From NCBI GenBank assembly GCA_937946835.1, contig CALFAV010000004.1, positions 8,787-72,786 of the forward strand: 64,000 nt of DNA. Direction: 5' to 3'. Below, piece after piece: positions 37,467-46,881 of this stretch. The stretch's first letter is position 1, and each line of letters opens with the position of its first letter. The translations under genes were made by a program, and so were the position numbers. The notes under the pieces are model-generated. The model did not search any database and was not told the DNA's origin. It saw only the letters and a list, made by a program, of their open reading frames with translations. The DNA is from an uncultured Verrucomicrobiae bacterium (GTDB lineage: Bacteria; Verrucomicrobiota; Verrucomicrobiia; Limisphaerales; J093).

Positions 37467-37680
37467 CGCCGGCAATCTAGGTTTCGCTAAAAACCAAGTC
37501 AAACGGTTATGCCGCCCTAATTGTCCACCGTCCCGCCTTTGCGAGCCACGGGTCCACCCGGGCAACAAGATTGCCCACGGCCTTTGCCGGGAAGACCGGC
37601 GGGACGACGGCCCCGCCCCCCAGCGGGGGGCGAAAAACTCCTCGCCGCGATGCGCGGGCAAAAGTATATCGGCTGCCCGG

Positions 37681-39132
37681 ATGAATTCCTTGCTCCTGAC
37701 GGGCGGCCGGGTGGTGGACCCGGCCGGTGGTGTGGACAGCCTCCAGGACGTGCTCATTGAAGGAGGAAAAGTGGCGGCGTTGGGGCCGGCGGCGCGGGAG
37801 CGGGCGGCTTCGGACACCCCCCGGTTGGATGCTTCCGGCCTGGTGGTCTGCCCGGGTCTGATTGACCTGCACGTGCACCTGCGCGAGCCGGGCCAGGCGG
37901 CCAAGGAAACCCTGGCCACGGGCACGGCGGCCGCGGCGCGCGGCGGCTTTACCACGGTGGTGTGCATGCCCAACACCAGCCCGCCCATTGACACCCCCAG
38001 CGCGGTGAGCTGGGTGCGCCAGCGGGCTGCGGACGTTGGCAGTGTCCACGTGCTGGTGGCGGGGGCGATCACCCGCGGGCTGGCCGGCGAGGAACTGGCG
38101 CCGCTGGGATCGCTGCGCAAGGCCGGGGTGGTGGCCGTCACCGACGACGGCCACTGCGTACAAAACAACGAACTGATGCGCCGGGCGCTCGAGTACGCCT
38201 CGATGTTCGATCTGTTGGTGATGGACCATTGCCAGGACTACGCCCTGAGCGCCGAGGGCGTCATGCATGAAGGCCGGTACAGCCTCATGCTGGGGCTGAC
38301 CGGCTGGCCGGCAGAGGCCGAGGAAGTCATCGTGGCGCGCAACATTCTCCTGGCCGAACGCACCGGGGCGCGCGTGCACTGCCAGCACCTCAGCGCCGGC
38401 GGCAGCGTGCGCCTGCTGCGCGAGGCTCGTGCCCGCGGCGTACCCGTCTCCGGCGAGGCCTGCCCGCACCATTTCACCCTCACCGACGCCGCCGTGGCCG
38501 GCAGCGGGGTCTTCTGGGCCGGCGACGGCGCGGAGTTGTATCCGGGCCGGCCGGCCGCGGACCTTCCCCAATGGCCGGCGTACGACACGCGCCTGAAGAT
38601 GAATCCGCCGGTGCGGGCGGCGGCCGACCGGGCCGCCATCCTGGAAGGGTTGGTGGACGGGACGATCGAGGTCATCGCCAGCGACCATGCTCCGCACTGC
38701 GACTTCGAGAAGGAGGTCGAGTTTGACCGCGCCCCTTTCGGCATCACCGGGTTGGAGACCGAACTGGCCCTGAGTCTGATGCAGCTTTACCACACCGGCC
38801 GGCTCTCGCTGGCGGGGGTGCTGGCCAAGTTCACCTGCCATCCCGCCCGCCTGTTGGGCCTGGCCGACTCCAAGGGGGCACTGCGCCCGGGCATGGACGG
38901 CGACGTGACCGTGCTGGACCCGGATCGCGAGTGGGTGTGGGAACCAGCCGCCACGGCCAGCCGTTCCCAAAACAGCCCGTTTTACGGCTGGCCGCTGCGG
39001 GGCAGGGCCGTGGCCACCATCGTGGCCGGCCGGGTGGTGTGGCAGGACTCGGCTCAGCCCGTTCCGGCGGGAGCAGCGCCCTCCGGGCTCAAACGGCAGA
39101 AAGCCCGCCGTCGGGCTGGTCAACCCGGTTGA
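37681..39132 (+). CDS. pyrC: Dihydroorotase (cyclic amidohydrolase family)
   Basis: 483 aa with 'VCPGLIDLHVHLREPG', 'GGFTTVVCMPNTSPPID' and 'ASDHAPH'. Has an extended C-terminal tail. Confidence 0.9.
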   Translation: MNSLLLTGGRVVDPAGGVDSLQDVLIEGGKVAALGPAARERAASDTPRLDASGLVVCPGLIDLHVHLREPGQAAKETLATGTAAAARGGFTTVVCMPNTSPPIDTPSAVSWVRQRAADVGSVHVLVAGAITRGLAGEELAPLGSLRKAGVVAVTDDGHCVQNNELMRRALEYASMFDLLVMDHCQDYALSAEGVMHEGRYSLMLGLTGWPAEAEEVIVARNILLAERTGARVHCQHLSAGGSVRLLREARARGVPVSGEACPHHFTLTDAAVAGSGVFWAGDGAELYPGRPAADLPQWPAYDTRLKMNPPVRAAADRAAILEGLVDGTIEVIASDHAPHCDFEKEVEFDRAPFGITGLETELALSLMQLYHTGRLSLAGVLAKFTCHPARLLGLADSKGALRPGMDGDVTVLDPDREWVWEPAATASRSQNSPFYGWPLRGRAVATIVAGRVVWQDSAQPVPAGAAPSGLKRQKARRRAGQPG

Positions 39133-39178
39133 GATCAGCGCCACCCGGCGGAACCGGACCGACCCGGCGGAACCCGCG

Positions 39179-40105
39179 TCAGTTTTTGACCGCCCGGGTC
39201 TTTTTCGCGCGGGCCCCCGGCTTCGGTTCTGTGGTTTCCAGCACCCGCGCCAACAGGGGACGCAGCCGCCGGAGCGTGGCTGCCGGCCAGTGTTCGCGCG
39301 GGGTGAGGATGGCGTTGTCCAGCGCGGCGTGGCAGGGCCAGTGGTGGTGGGTCGGGATCCGCGGCAGGACCTTGAGGATGAGTGACTGCGCGGCGGCGGC
39401 GTTGCGGTGGAGGTTCTCGACCACCTGGGCCACGGTGACGTGCGCCTCGTCCTCCTTCCAGGCGTCGTAATCGGTGACCATCGCCATCGTGGCGTAGGCA
39501 ATCTCGGCCTCGCGGGCGCACTTGGCCTCGCCCAGGTTGGTCATGCCGATCACGTCGTAGCCGGCGCGGTGGTTGGCCAGCGATTCGGCGCGCGTGCTGA
39601 AGGCCGGGCCTTCCATGTTCACGTACACGCCGCCGTCATGAACGCGCAGCCCCAGTTCGCGGCCCGCCGCCAGCAGCAGTTGCCGCAGCTCCTCGCACAC
39701 CGGGTGGGCAAAGGCCACGTGCGCCACGATGCCCCGGCCGAAGAAGGTGTGGTCGGCCCAGCGCTTGGTGCGGTCCACGAACTGGTCGGGCAGCACGATG
39801 TCGCAGGGTCGGTAGCGGTCCTGGAGCGAGCCGACCGCGCTGACGCTCAGAATCCACGACACGCCCAGGGATTTGAGGGCGTAGATGTTGGCGCGGTGGT
39901 TCAGTTCGCTGGGCAGCAGCCGGTGGCCCCGGCCGTGCCGGGGCAGGAACACCACTTCCCGGCCGGCCAGTTCCCCGGTCAGGAGCGCGTCGGAAGGCTC
40001 CCCGAACGGGGTGCGCACGCGCACCCAGCGGCGGCGGGTGAAACCGTCCAGTTCGTAGAGGCCGCTGCCGCCGATGATGCCGATGCGGAGAGGGGGCTGC
40101 TTCAT
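39179..40105 (-). CDS. mtnP: S-methyl-5'-thioadenosine phosphorylase
   Basis: 308 aa from ATG 40105 with 'RIGIIGGSGLY', 'FLPRHGRGHRLLPSELNHRANIYALKSLGV' and 'VIGMTNLGEAKCAREAEIAYATMAMVTDYD'. The 864-aa track ORF is an out-of-frame run through glmS. Confidence 0.9.
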   Translation of the reverse strand: MKQPPLRIGIIGGSGLYELDGFTRRRWVRVRTPFGEPSDALLTGELAGREVVFLPRHGRGHRLLPSELNHRANIYALKSLGVSWILSVSAVGSLQDRYRPCDIVLPDQFVDRTKRWADHTFFGRGIVAHVAFAHPVCEELRQLLLAAGRELGLRVHDGGVYVNMEGPAFSTRAESLANHRAGYDVIGMTNLGEAKCAREAEIAYATMAMVTDYDAWKEDEAHVTVAQVVENLHRNAAAAQSLILKVLPRIPTHHHWPCHAALDNAILTPREHWPAATLRRLRPLLARVLETTEPKPGARAKKTRAVKN

Positions 40106-40110
40106 AAAAG

Positions 40111-41970
40111 TCATTCGACCGTGACGCTTTTGGCCAGATTGCGCGGTTTGTCCACGTCGCACCCGCGGCGCACGGCGATGTGGTAGGCCAGGAGCTGGAG
40201 GGGAATTACGCTCAGGAGCGGAAAGAGCAGTTCGTCGGCCGCCGGCAGGGGGAGCACCGCCGCCGCCTTGCTTGCCAGGGTGGAGTCGCCCTCGGTGCCC
40301 AGGGCGATGACCGGGGCGCCGCGGGCGCGCACCTCCTCGATGTTGCCGAGAATTTTTTCGTAGAGGAATCCCCGCGGGGCCAGGAACACGCATGGGCTGG
40401 CCTCGTCCATGAGCGCAATGGGGCCGTGCTTCATCTCCGCGGCCGGGTACGCCTCGGCGTGGAGGTAGGAGATTTCCTTGAGCTTGAGCGCCCCCTCCAG
40501 GGCCACCGGGAAGCCGAGCTGGCGGCCCAGGAAGTAAAAGTCCCGGCGGTCGGCGTAGCGGGCGGCCAGCTCGCGCACCTGCGGGTCCAGTTCGAGGACC
40601 TTGCGGGCCAGCTCGGGTGCCTCTTCCAGGGCGCGCAGCAACGCCTGGCCCCGGGCCGGGGAGAGCATCCGCAGCCGGCCCATGAACAGGGCAAAGAGCA
40701 GCAGCACGGTGACCTGGGAGGTGAAGGCCTTGGTCGAGGCCACGCCGATTTCCGGGCCGGCGTGCAGGTAAATGCCCCCGTCGGCCTCGCGGGCGATGGT
40801 GCTGCCGACCACGTTGCAGAGCGCCAGCACGCGGTGGCCGCGACGACGGGCCTCGCGCAGCGCGGCCAGGGTGTCGGCGGTCTCGCCGGACTGGGTGATG
40901 ACCAGCACCAGGGTGTTTTTGTCCAGGGGCGGATTGCGGTAGCGGAACTCGCTGGCGTACTCGACCTCGACCGGGAGGTGCGCCAGGCTTTCCAGGTAAT
41001 GCTCGCCCACCAGGCCCGCGTGCCAACTGGTGCCGCAGGCGGTGATGACAATGCGGTCCACGGCACGCAGTTCGGCGGGGCTCATGTTCAGGCCGCCGAA
41101 CCTGGCGGTGGCCTCGGCCGCGTCCAACCGGCCGCGCAGGGCGGCGGCGATGGTGGCGGGCTGCTCGAAGATCTCCTTGAGCATGAAGTGCGGAAACCCG
41201 CCGCGCTCGGCGGCTTCCGGCGTGAATTCGATCCGGCTGACCTGCACCGCGGCGCTGCGGCGGCCCAGGTTGGTGACCTGGAAATGATCGGCGGTGAGCG
41301 TGGCCAGGTCGCCGTCTTCCAGGTACACCACCTGGCGCGTGTGGGCCACGATGGCGGTGGTGTCGCTGGCGAGAAAGTTTTCGCCCTCCCCCAACCCCAG
41401 GATGAGCGGCGAGCCGCGGCGCGCCCCGATCAACAGCCCGGGGGTTTCGGTGCAAATCACCGCCAGGCCGTAGGTGCCCTGCACCTCGGCCAGCGCCCGT
41501 TCCAGGGCGCGAACCAGGCGCTCGGCGGCGGGCCGGGCGGCCAGCTCGGGGTGCTCGTAGTGGACCCCGATCAGGTGGGCCAGCACCTCGGTGTCGGTGT
41601 CCGAGCGAAACGTGTGGCCGGCGGCCAGCAGGCGGGCTTTGAGCGCTTCGTGGTTTTCGATGACGCCGTTGTGCACCACGGCCAGCCGCCCGCTGGCGTC
41701 CCCGTGCGGGTGGGCATTGGCGTCGGTGGGGGGGCCATGGGTGGCCCAGCGGGTGTGGCCCACACCCAGGCAACCGGGCGGGGGCGCGGATTCAAGCAGC
41801 GGGGCCAGGCCGGCGTCAATTTTCCCCCGGCACTTGCGGACCTCGATCCGGCCCTCGTGCCACGTGGCCACGCCCGCGCTGTCATAGCCGCGGTATTCGA
41901 GCCGGCGCAGACCGGCGAGCAGGATGGGAGCGGCCGTCTGGCGTCCCACGTAGCCGACAATGCCACACAT
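40111..41970 (-). CDS. glmS: Glutamine--fructose-6-phosphate aminotransferase (isomerising)
   Basis: 619 aa from ATG 41970. Ntn nucleophile 'MCGIVGYVG', two SIS domains and the C-terminal 'PRNLAKSVTVE'. Confidence 0.95.
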   Translation of the reverse strand: MCGIVGYVGRQTAAPILLAGLRRLEYRGYDSAGVATWHEGRIEVRKCRGKIDAGLAPLLESAPPPGCLGVGHTRWATHGPPTDANAHPHGDASGRLAVVHNGVIENHEALKARLLAAGHTFRSDTDTEVLAHLIGVHYEHPELAARPAAERLVRALERALAEVQGTYGLAVICTETPGLLIGARRGSPLILGLGEGENFLASDTTAIVAHTRQVVYLEDGDLATLTADHFQVTNLGRRSAAVQVSRIEFTPEAAERGGFPHFMLKEIFEQPATIAAALRGRLDAAEATARFGGLNMSPAELRAVDRIVITACGTSWHAGLVGEHYLESLAHLPVEVEYASEFRYRNPPLDKNTLVLVITQSGETADTLAALREARRRGHRVLALCNVVGSTIAREADGGIYLHAGPEIGVASTKAFTSQVTVLLLFALFMGRLRMLSPARGQALLRALEEAPELARKVLELDPQVRELAARYADRRDFYFLGRQLGFPVALEGALKLKEISYLHAEAYPAAEMKHGPIALMDEASPCVFLAPRGFLYEKILGNIEEVRARGAPVIALGTEGDSTLASKAAAVLPLPAADELLFPLLSVIPLQLLAYHIAVRRGCDVDKPRNLAKSVTVE

Positions 41971-42071
41971 GGTTGCACGGGTGGACGCGCGGCGCGGGGA
42001 TGTCACTTGCGCGCGACCGGCCCCGGAGGCTATAAGCGGAAAAAACCCCGCGCAAGAAAGGACTTTGCCCG

Positions 42072-43382
42072 ATGCCGACCAATCACAATCCCAAGGTGGA
42101 CCCCGGCCGGGTCCTGGCCCTGATCATGGGTGGGGGCCAGGGCACGCGGTTGTATCCGCTGACCCGGGAACGGGCCAAGCCGGCGGTGCCCATCGCCGGC
42201 AAGTACCGCCTGGTGGACATCCCCATCTCCAACTGCATCAACTCGGGGGTGCGCCGCATCTACGTGCTGACGCAGTTTCTGTCCGCCTCACTGCACCGGC
42301 ACGTGTACGGATCGTTCAAGTTCGACCACTTCTCCCAGGGCTTTGTGGAAATCCTGGCGGCGGAGCAAACGATGACCGATTCCTCCTGGTACCAGGGCAC
42401 GGCCGATGCGGTGCGCAAGAACCTGATTCACCTGCGGAACAACGATTTTGACTACGCCCTGATCCTGAGCGGCGACCAGTTGTACCGGATGGACTTCCGC
42501 GAGCTGCTCCGGCACCACCTCGAGCGCGAGGCCGAGGTGACCATCGCCACCAAGCCGGTCAGCCGGCCGGAGGCCCCCGCCTTCGGCATCATGCAGATTG
42601 ACGCCGCGCAGCGGATCGTGCGCTTCGAGGAAAAACCCCGGGAACCGGCGTTGCTGGATCAACTGCGGGTGGACCCGGCCACGCAGCAGACCCTGAACAT
42701 TCCGAGTACCGGCGAGAGCTTTCTGGCCTCGATGGGCATTTACCTCTTCAACCGCGATGTGCTCACCCACGCGCTGGACAACGACCTGACCGACTTCGGC
42801 AAGCACATCATCCCGCGGCTGATTCACGAGCGCCGGGTTTTTTCCTACTGCTTCCAGGGCTACTGGGAGGACGTGGGCACCATCCGCTCGTTCTTCGAGG
42901 CGAACCTGGACCTGGCCTCCGAGCTGCCCCGCTTCAACCTCTTCGACATGACCGCACCCATCTACTCCCGGCCGCGGTTTCTGCCCCCCTCGAAGATCAA
43001 CGGCGCCTCGCTGGATCACACGGTCGTCTCCGACGGCTGCATCCTCAACCACTGCAAAATCTCCCAGAGCGTGGTCGGGCTGCGCTACCTGGTGGACGCC
43101 GGCAGCCACATCACCCGCACCGTGATCCTCGGGGCGGACTTTTACGAGTCGGCCGAGTCCATCGCCGCGCACGCCGCGGCCGGCCAGCCGCGCATCGGCA
43201 TCGGCCGCAACACGCGCATTGACTCGGCCATCATCGAGAAAAACGCCCGCATCGGGGACAACTGCGTGATCACCCCCCACGGCAAACCGCCGTCCGTGGA
43301 CCACCCCCCGCTGTACTACATCCGCGACGGGATCGTGATCATCCCCAAAAACGCCGTCGTCCCCCATGGCACGATCATTTGA
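42072..43382 (+). CDS. glgC: Glucose-1-phosphate adenylyltransferase
   Basis: 436 aa with 'LIMGGGQGTRLYPLTRERAKPAVPIAGKYRLVDIPISNCINSG' and 'WYQGTADAV', plus a C-terminal left-handed beta-helix region. Confidence 0.93.
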   Translation: MPTNHNPKVDPGRVLALIMGGGQGTRLYPLTRERAKPAVPIAGKYRLVDIPISNCINSGVRRIYVLTQFLSASLHRHVYGSFKFDHFSQGFVEILAAEQTMTDSSWYQGTADAVRKNLIHLRNNDFDYALILSGDQLYRMDFRELLRHHLEREAEVTIATKPVSRPEAPAFGIMQIDAAQRIVRFEEKPREPALLDQLRVDPATQQTLNIPSTGESFLASMGIYLFNRDVLTHALDNDLTDFGKHIIPRLIHERRVFSYCFQGYWEDVGTIRSFFEANLDLASELPRFNLFDMTAPIYSRPRFLPPSKINGASLDHTVVSDGCILNHCKISQSVVGLRYLVDAGSHITRTVILGADFYESAESIAAHAAAGQPRIGIGRNTRIDSAIIEKNARIGDNCVITPHGKPPSVDHPPLYYIRDGIVIIPKNAVVPHGTII

Positions 43383-43520
43383 ACCCCCGGCCGGGACCGG
43401 CGGCCGCTTCAGGACCGGTTCCCTCCCGGAAGGCACTCCGGCGCGGGCGAGAGCAGGCACCGCGGTCGCGCGCGCCGGGCCCCCCGCTCGCCCCGAAGCA
43501 GCTCAACCGTTCCCCCCCGC

Positions 43521-44318
43521 ATGTCCCGGCCTTCCGCATATCGGCTGACCTGCCTGGGCGTGGGAGACGGGCATGTATCGGCCCACCGGGCGCACGCGGC
43601 GTTCCTGTACGAGTTCGGCACCACCCGCCTGCTGGTGGACTGCGGCGAGCCGGCCACGCAGTCGCTGCTGCGCGCCGGGACGCGGCTGGAGGCGCTCGAC
43701 GGCGTGGTCATTTCCCACTTGCACTTCGACCATGTGGGCGGCCTGTTCACCCTCCTGCAGGGGCTGTGGCTTTCGCGGCGGCAACGGCCCCTCACCGTGC
43801 ACCTGCCGCGGGCGGGCGTGGCGCCGGTGCAGGCCCTGCAGCGGGCCTCTCACCTGTTCCGTCTGATTTCCCCGCCGTTTGAGCTGCGGCTGGCGCCGCT
43901 GCAAGCCGGACAGCCCTTCCCGGTGGGCACGATCACCGTTACTCCCCTGAGGAACACTCACTTGAAGCCCTCCCCCGTGGGCAAACGCCGCGCGGCCGGG
44001 ACGCGGGCGGACGAGGCCTTCAGTTTCCTGCTCGAGGACGGCCACCGGCGCGTTGCCCATTCGGCGGACCTGGGCGGGGTTGAGGACGTGGCCGCCCTGG
44101 TGCGCGAGCCGCTGGACCTGCTGGTCTGCGAGCTGGCCCACCTGGACCCGCCCGCGTTGCTGGACCGGTTGCGCGGCCAACCCATCCGCCGGACCCTGCT
44201 GGTCCATCTCTCGGCCGCCCAGTGGCGCGCGCGGCGGCACTGGCAGGCCCGGGCCGCGCGCGTGCTGGCACCCATGGCCGTGCGCATCCCGGGCGACGGC
44301 GAGCGGATCGCCTTTTGA
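43521..44318 (+). CDS. MBL-fold metallo-hydrolase
   Basis: 265 aa with 'LVDCGE....' and 'VVISHLHFDHVGG' (HxHxDH). Confidence 0.8.
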   Translation: MSRPSAYRLTCLGVGDGHVSAHRAHAAFLYEFGTTRLLVDCGEPATQSLLRAGTRLEALDGVVISHLHFDHVGGLFTLLQGLWLSRRQRPLTVHLPRAGVAPVQALQRASHLFRLISPPFELRLAPLQAGQPFPVGTITVTPLRNTHLKPSPVGKRRAAGTRADEAFSFLLEDGHRRVAHSADLGGVEDVAALVREPLDLLVCELAHLDPPALLDRLRGQPIRRTLLVHLSAAQWRARRHWQARAARVLAPMAVRIPGDGERIAF

Positions 44319-44440
44319 AGCCTGACCGCCCGGGTGCGGGGAATTCGCGGCCGCACCCGGCGGCAACGCCAACCCACCGGCGGGTCCCGGCCGGGTTTGT
44401 CCCTTGGCGTCACCCGGCCAGCCACTACACTGCCCGGGCC

Positions 44441-46051
44441 ATGTCGCAAATGCTCAAAAGCTCCGCGGCGCTGGCGGCCGCCACGCTGGCCAGCCGGGTC
44501 CTGGGGCTGGCGCGGGAGCTGGTGTACGCGCGGTTCATGGGCGACGGCCCCGTGGCGGGGGCTTTCAAGCTGGCCTTCCAAATCCCCAACCTGTTTCGCC
44601 GGCTGCTGGGCGAGGGGGCGTTGAGCGCGGCGTTCATTCCCCTGTTCAAGCACAAGGAGACCCACGAGAACCGCGCGGCGATGTGGCAGGCGGCCAACGC
44701 CACGCTCTCCGGCCTGGTGGTGGTGACCGCCGCGCTGGTGGGCGCGGGCATGGTTCTGGTGAGCCTGGTGCTCTGGGTGACCGGCCCGGGTTGGGCCCGC
44801 TCCGGGGGGGCGGTGTTTCCCCCGGTGGTGCTGTCCGAGGACGTGCGGCTGATGCTGCGGCTGCTGCGGTTAATGCTGCCCTACCTGGTGCTGGTGTGCC
44901 TGGCGGCGCTGTGCATCGGCATGCTCAACGCCCGCGGTTACTTTTTCATGCCGGCACTGGGGGCCACACTGCTCAACCTGGTCATGATCGCCAGCGTGCT
45001 GTTTTTGACGCCCTGGTTTGGAACAACGTTGGAGACGCAAATCTTCGCCCTGGGCGTGGGGGTGCTGATCGCGGGCGTGGCCCAATTTGCCTTTCAATTG
45101 CCCCTGCTCTTCCGCGAGGGCTTTCGCTTTCGGTGGGTGGCGCCCTGGCGGGACACCACCGTGCGCGAGGTGGTCCGGCGCATGGGTCCGGGCGTGGTGG
45201 GCGTGGCGGCCTACCAGCTCAACGTAACAATCATCATGCTGGTCTCGTACGGGGTGGACCGGCACGTGGTGGCCTCGTTTGACTACGCGGTTCGGCTGAT
45301 GGAATTCCCCCAGGGCATCGTGGGGGTGTCGCTGGCCACCTATCTGCTGCCCACCCTGTCCGGGCTGGCGGCGCAGAAAAAGTATCCCGAGTTTCGCGCC
45401 ACGCTGCGGCAGGGTCTGGCCTACGCGCTGGTGGTCAACCTGCCGGCCGCGGCGTTGTTGGTGGCACTGGCCGAACCGATCATTCGCCTGCTTTTCCAGG
45501 GCGGGCTGTTCGACCTGGCCGCCACCCGGCGGACCACCCTGGCCCTGACCTGCCTGGCACCGGGGCTGGCCGCGTTCTCGGCGGTGAATCTGCTGGCCCG
45601 CGCCTTTTACGCGTTGGGCGACACGCGCACGCCCATGCGGATCAGCCTGTTTTGCCTGGGGCTGAACCTGCTGCTCTCGCTCTGGTGGGTGGGGCCGCTG
45701 CGCCAGGCCGGCCTGGGGCTGGCCAACACCACCACCTCGGTGATCAACGCCTGGCTGCTGACCCGCGCCCTGCGGCTCAAGCTCAAGACGCTGGACTTTG
45801 GCGAACTGCGGGCGCGGTTGCGGGTGCTGATCCCCGCGGCACTGGTGGCCGGCGGGGTGGCCTGGTTCGGTGCGGCCGGGTGGGCGCGGCAGTTCGGACA
45901 CACCACGTTGCCGCTGCGGCTGGGCGAGGTGTTGGTGCCGGCGCTGCTGGCCGGTGCCGCCTATTTCGCGCTGCTGAGCGGGCTGCGCGTGCCGGAGGCG
46001 CGGGAGGTGTTCACCCTGCTGCGGCGCGGGCGGCGGCCAGACGGCGGTTGA
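44441..46051 (+). CDS. murJ: Lipid II flippase MurJ (MviN family)
   Basis: 536 aa from ATG 44441 with 'ATLASRVLGLARELVYARFMGDGPVAGAFKLAFQIPNLFRRLLGEGALSAAFIPLF' and about 14 TM helices. Confidence 0.92.
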   Translation: MSQMLKSSAALAAATLASRVLGLARELVYARFMGDGPVAGAFKLAFQIPNLFRRLLGEGALSAAFIPLFKHKETHENRAAMWQAANATLSGLVVVTAALVGAGMVLVSLVLWVTGPGWARSGGAVFPPVVLSEDVRLMLRLLRLMLPYLVLVCLAALCIGMLNARGYFFMPALGATLLNLVMIASVLFLTPWFGTTLETQIFALGVGVLIAGVAQFAFQLPLLFREGFRFRWVAPWRDTTVREVVRRMGPGVVGVAAYQLNVTIIMLVSYGVDRHVVASFDYAVRLMEFPQGIVGVSLATYLLPTLSGLAAQKKYPEFRATLRQGLAYALVVNLPAAALLVALAEPIIRLLFQGGLFDLAATRRTTLALTCLAPGLAAFSAVNLLARAFYALGDTRTPMRISLFCLGLNLLLSLWWVGPLRQAGLGLANTTTSVINAWLLTRALRLKLKTLDFGELRARLRVLIPAALVAGGVAWFGAAGWARQFGHTTLPLRLGEVLVPALLAGAAYFALLSGLRVPEAREVFTLLRRGRRPDGG

Positions 46052-46793
46052 ACGCCACACAGTCGGCGTACCGCACGCCGGTGCCGCCGAAGATGTCCAG
46101 GGCCGAGCCGATGGTCAGGTCCACGCGGCCCCGGCCCAGTTCGGTCACGCGTTCCAGATCCGCCAGCGAGCGCGCCCCGCCGGCGTAGGTGACGGGGCAC
46201 GGCGCCCATTCGCCCAGCCGCGCGACCAGTTCCTCGTCAATGCCGCGACACAGGCCCTCCACGTCCACCGCGTGGATCAGGAATTCGGCGCAGTGCTCGG
46301 CCAGTTGTTCGAGGGTTTGCCGGGTCACGGCCAGCGCGGTGAACCGCTGCCAGCGGTCGGTCACCACGACATATTCCGCCCCCCGCCGGCGACAGCTCAG
46401 GTCCAGGACCAGGCGCTCGCGCCCCACGGCGCGTTCCAGCGCGCGCAGGCGCTCGGGGTCCACCCGGCCTTCGCGGAAGATCCAGGAGGTCACGATCACG
46501 TGCGAGGCGCCCGCCTCGAGCCAATCCCGCGCGTTGTCGGCGGTGACGCCGCCGCCCAGTTGCAGGCCGCCGGGGTAGGCGGCCAGGGCCTCGCGCGCGG
46601 CCGCGTCGTTGCCCGGCCCCAGACAAATCACATGGCCCCCGCGCAGGCCGTCGCGCCGGTACAACGCGGCAAACCAGGCCGGCGGCTGCGGGGCCACGAA
46701 GTGCGTGCGCAACGCGGCGGGGTCGTCGCTGAGCGTGCCGCCCACGATCTGTTTGACCCGCCCCTCGTGAAGGTCAATGCACGGCCGGAACAC
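46011..46793 (-). CDS. hisA: ProFAR isomerase, HisA of the His6-like type
   Basis: 260 aa with a GTG start. Contains 'FRPCIDLHEGRVKQIVGG', 'LQLGGGV', 'LIHAVDVEGLCRGIDEEL' and 'TYAGGARSLADL'. The 3' end overlaps the murJ 3' end by 41 nt (convergent). Confidence 0.85.
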   Translation of the reverse strand: MFRPCIDLHEGRVKQIVGGTLSDDPAALRTHFVAPQPPAWFAALYRRDGLRGGHVICLGPGNDAAAREALAAYPGGLQLGGGVTADNARDWLEAGASHVIVTSWIFREGRVDPERLRALERAVGRERLVLDLSCRRRGAEYVVVTDRWQRFTALAVTRQTLEQLAEHCAEFLIHAVDVEGLCRGIDEELVARLGEWAPCPVTYAGGARSLADLERVTELGRGRVDLTIGSALDIFGGTGVRYADCVAFNRRLAAARAAAG

Positions 46794-46881
46794 GCGGCCA
46801 AGCTAACCCGCGGTTCCTCGCCCGGGCAAGGCGCCGCCCGGCGGGGTCGCACCGCCCCGGCCCTTCGGATAAACTGCCGCC

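Noticed and set aside
39179-41773. An 864-aa ORF that looks like a large fusion protein spanning mtnP and most of glmS.
   Set aside because: Only the last 308 codons (from ATG 40105) are MTAP-like. The upstream part is an out-of-frame reading through glmS, which is unmistakable in its own frame. The N-terminal extensions of the track ORFs at 47604 (asnS), 28853 (scpB), 36408..38168 (polyprenyl synthase), 35776..37095 (sigma), 20286..21653 and 52330..53352 are rejected for the same reason.
43367-43383. A sigma-54 promoter-like 'TGGCACgatcaTTTGA' at the end of glgC, upstream of the MBL-fold gene. This seemed worth a look because rpoN is in the window.
   Set aside because: The -12 element is TG rather than the near-invariant GC, and the match lies inside the glgC coding sequence. 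It looks like a chance match.
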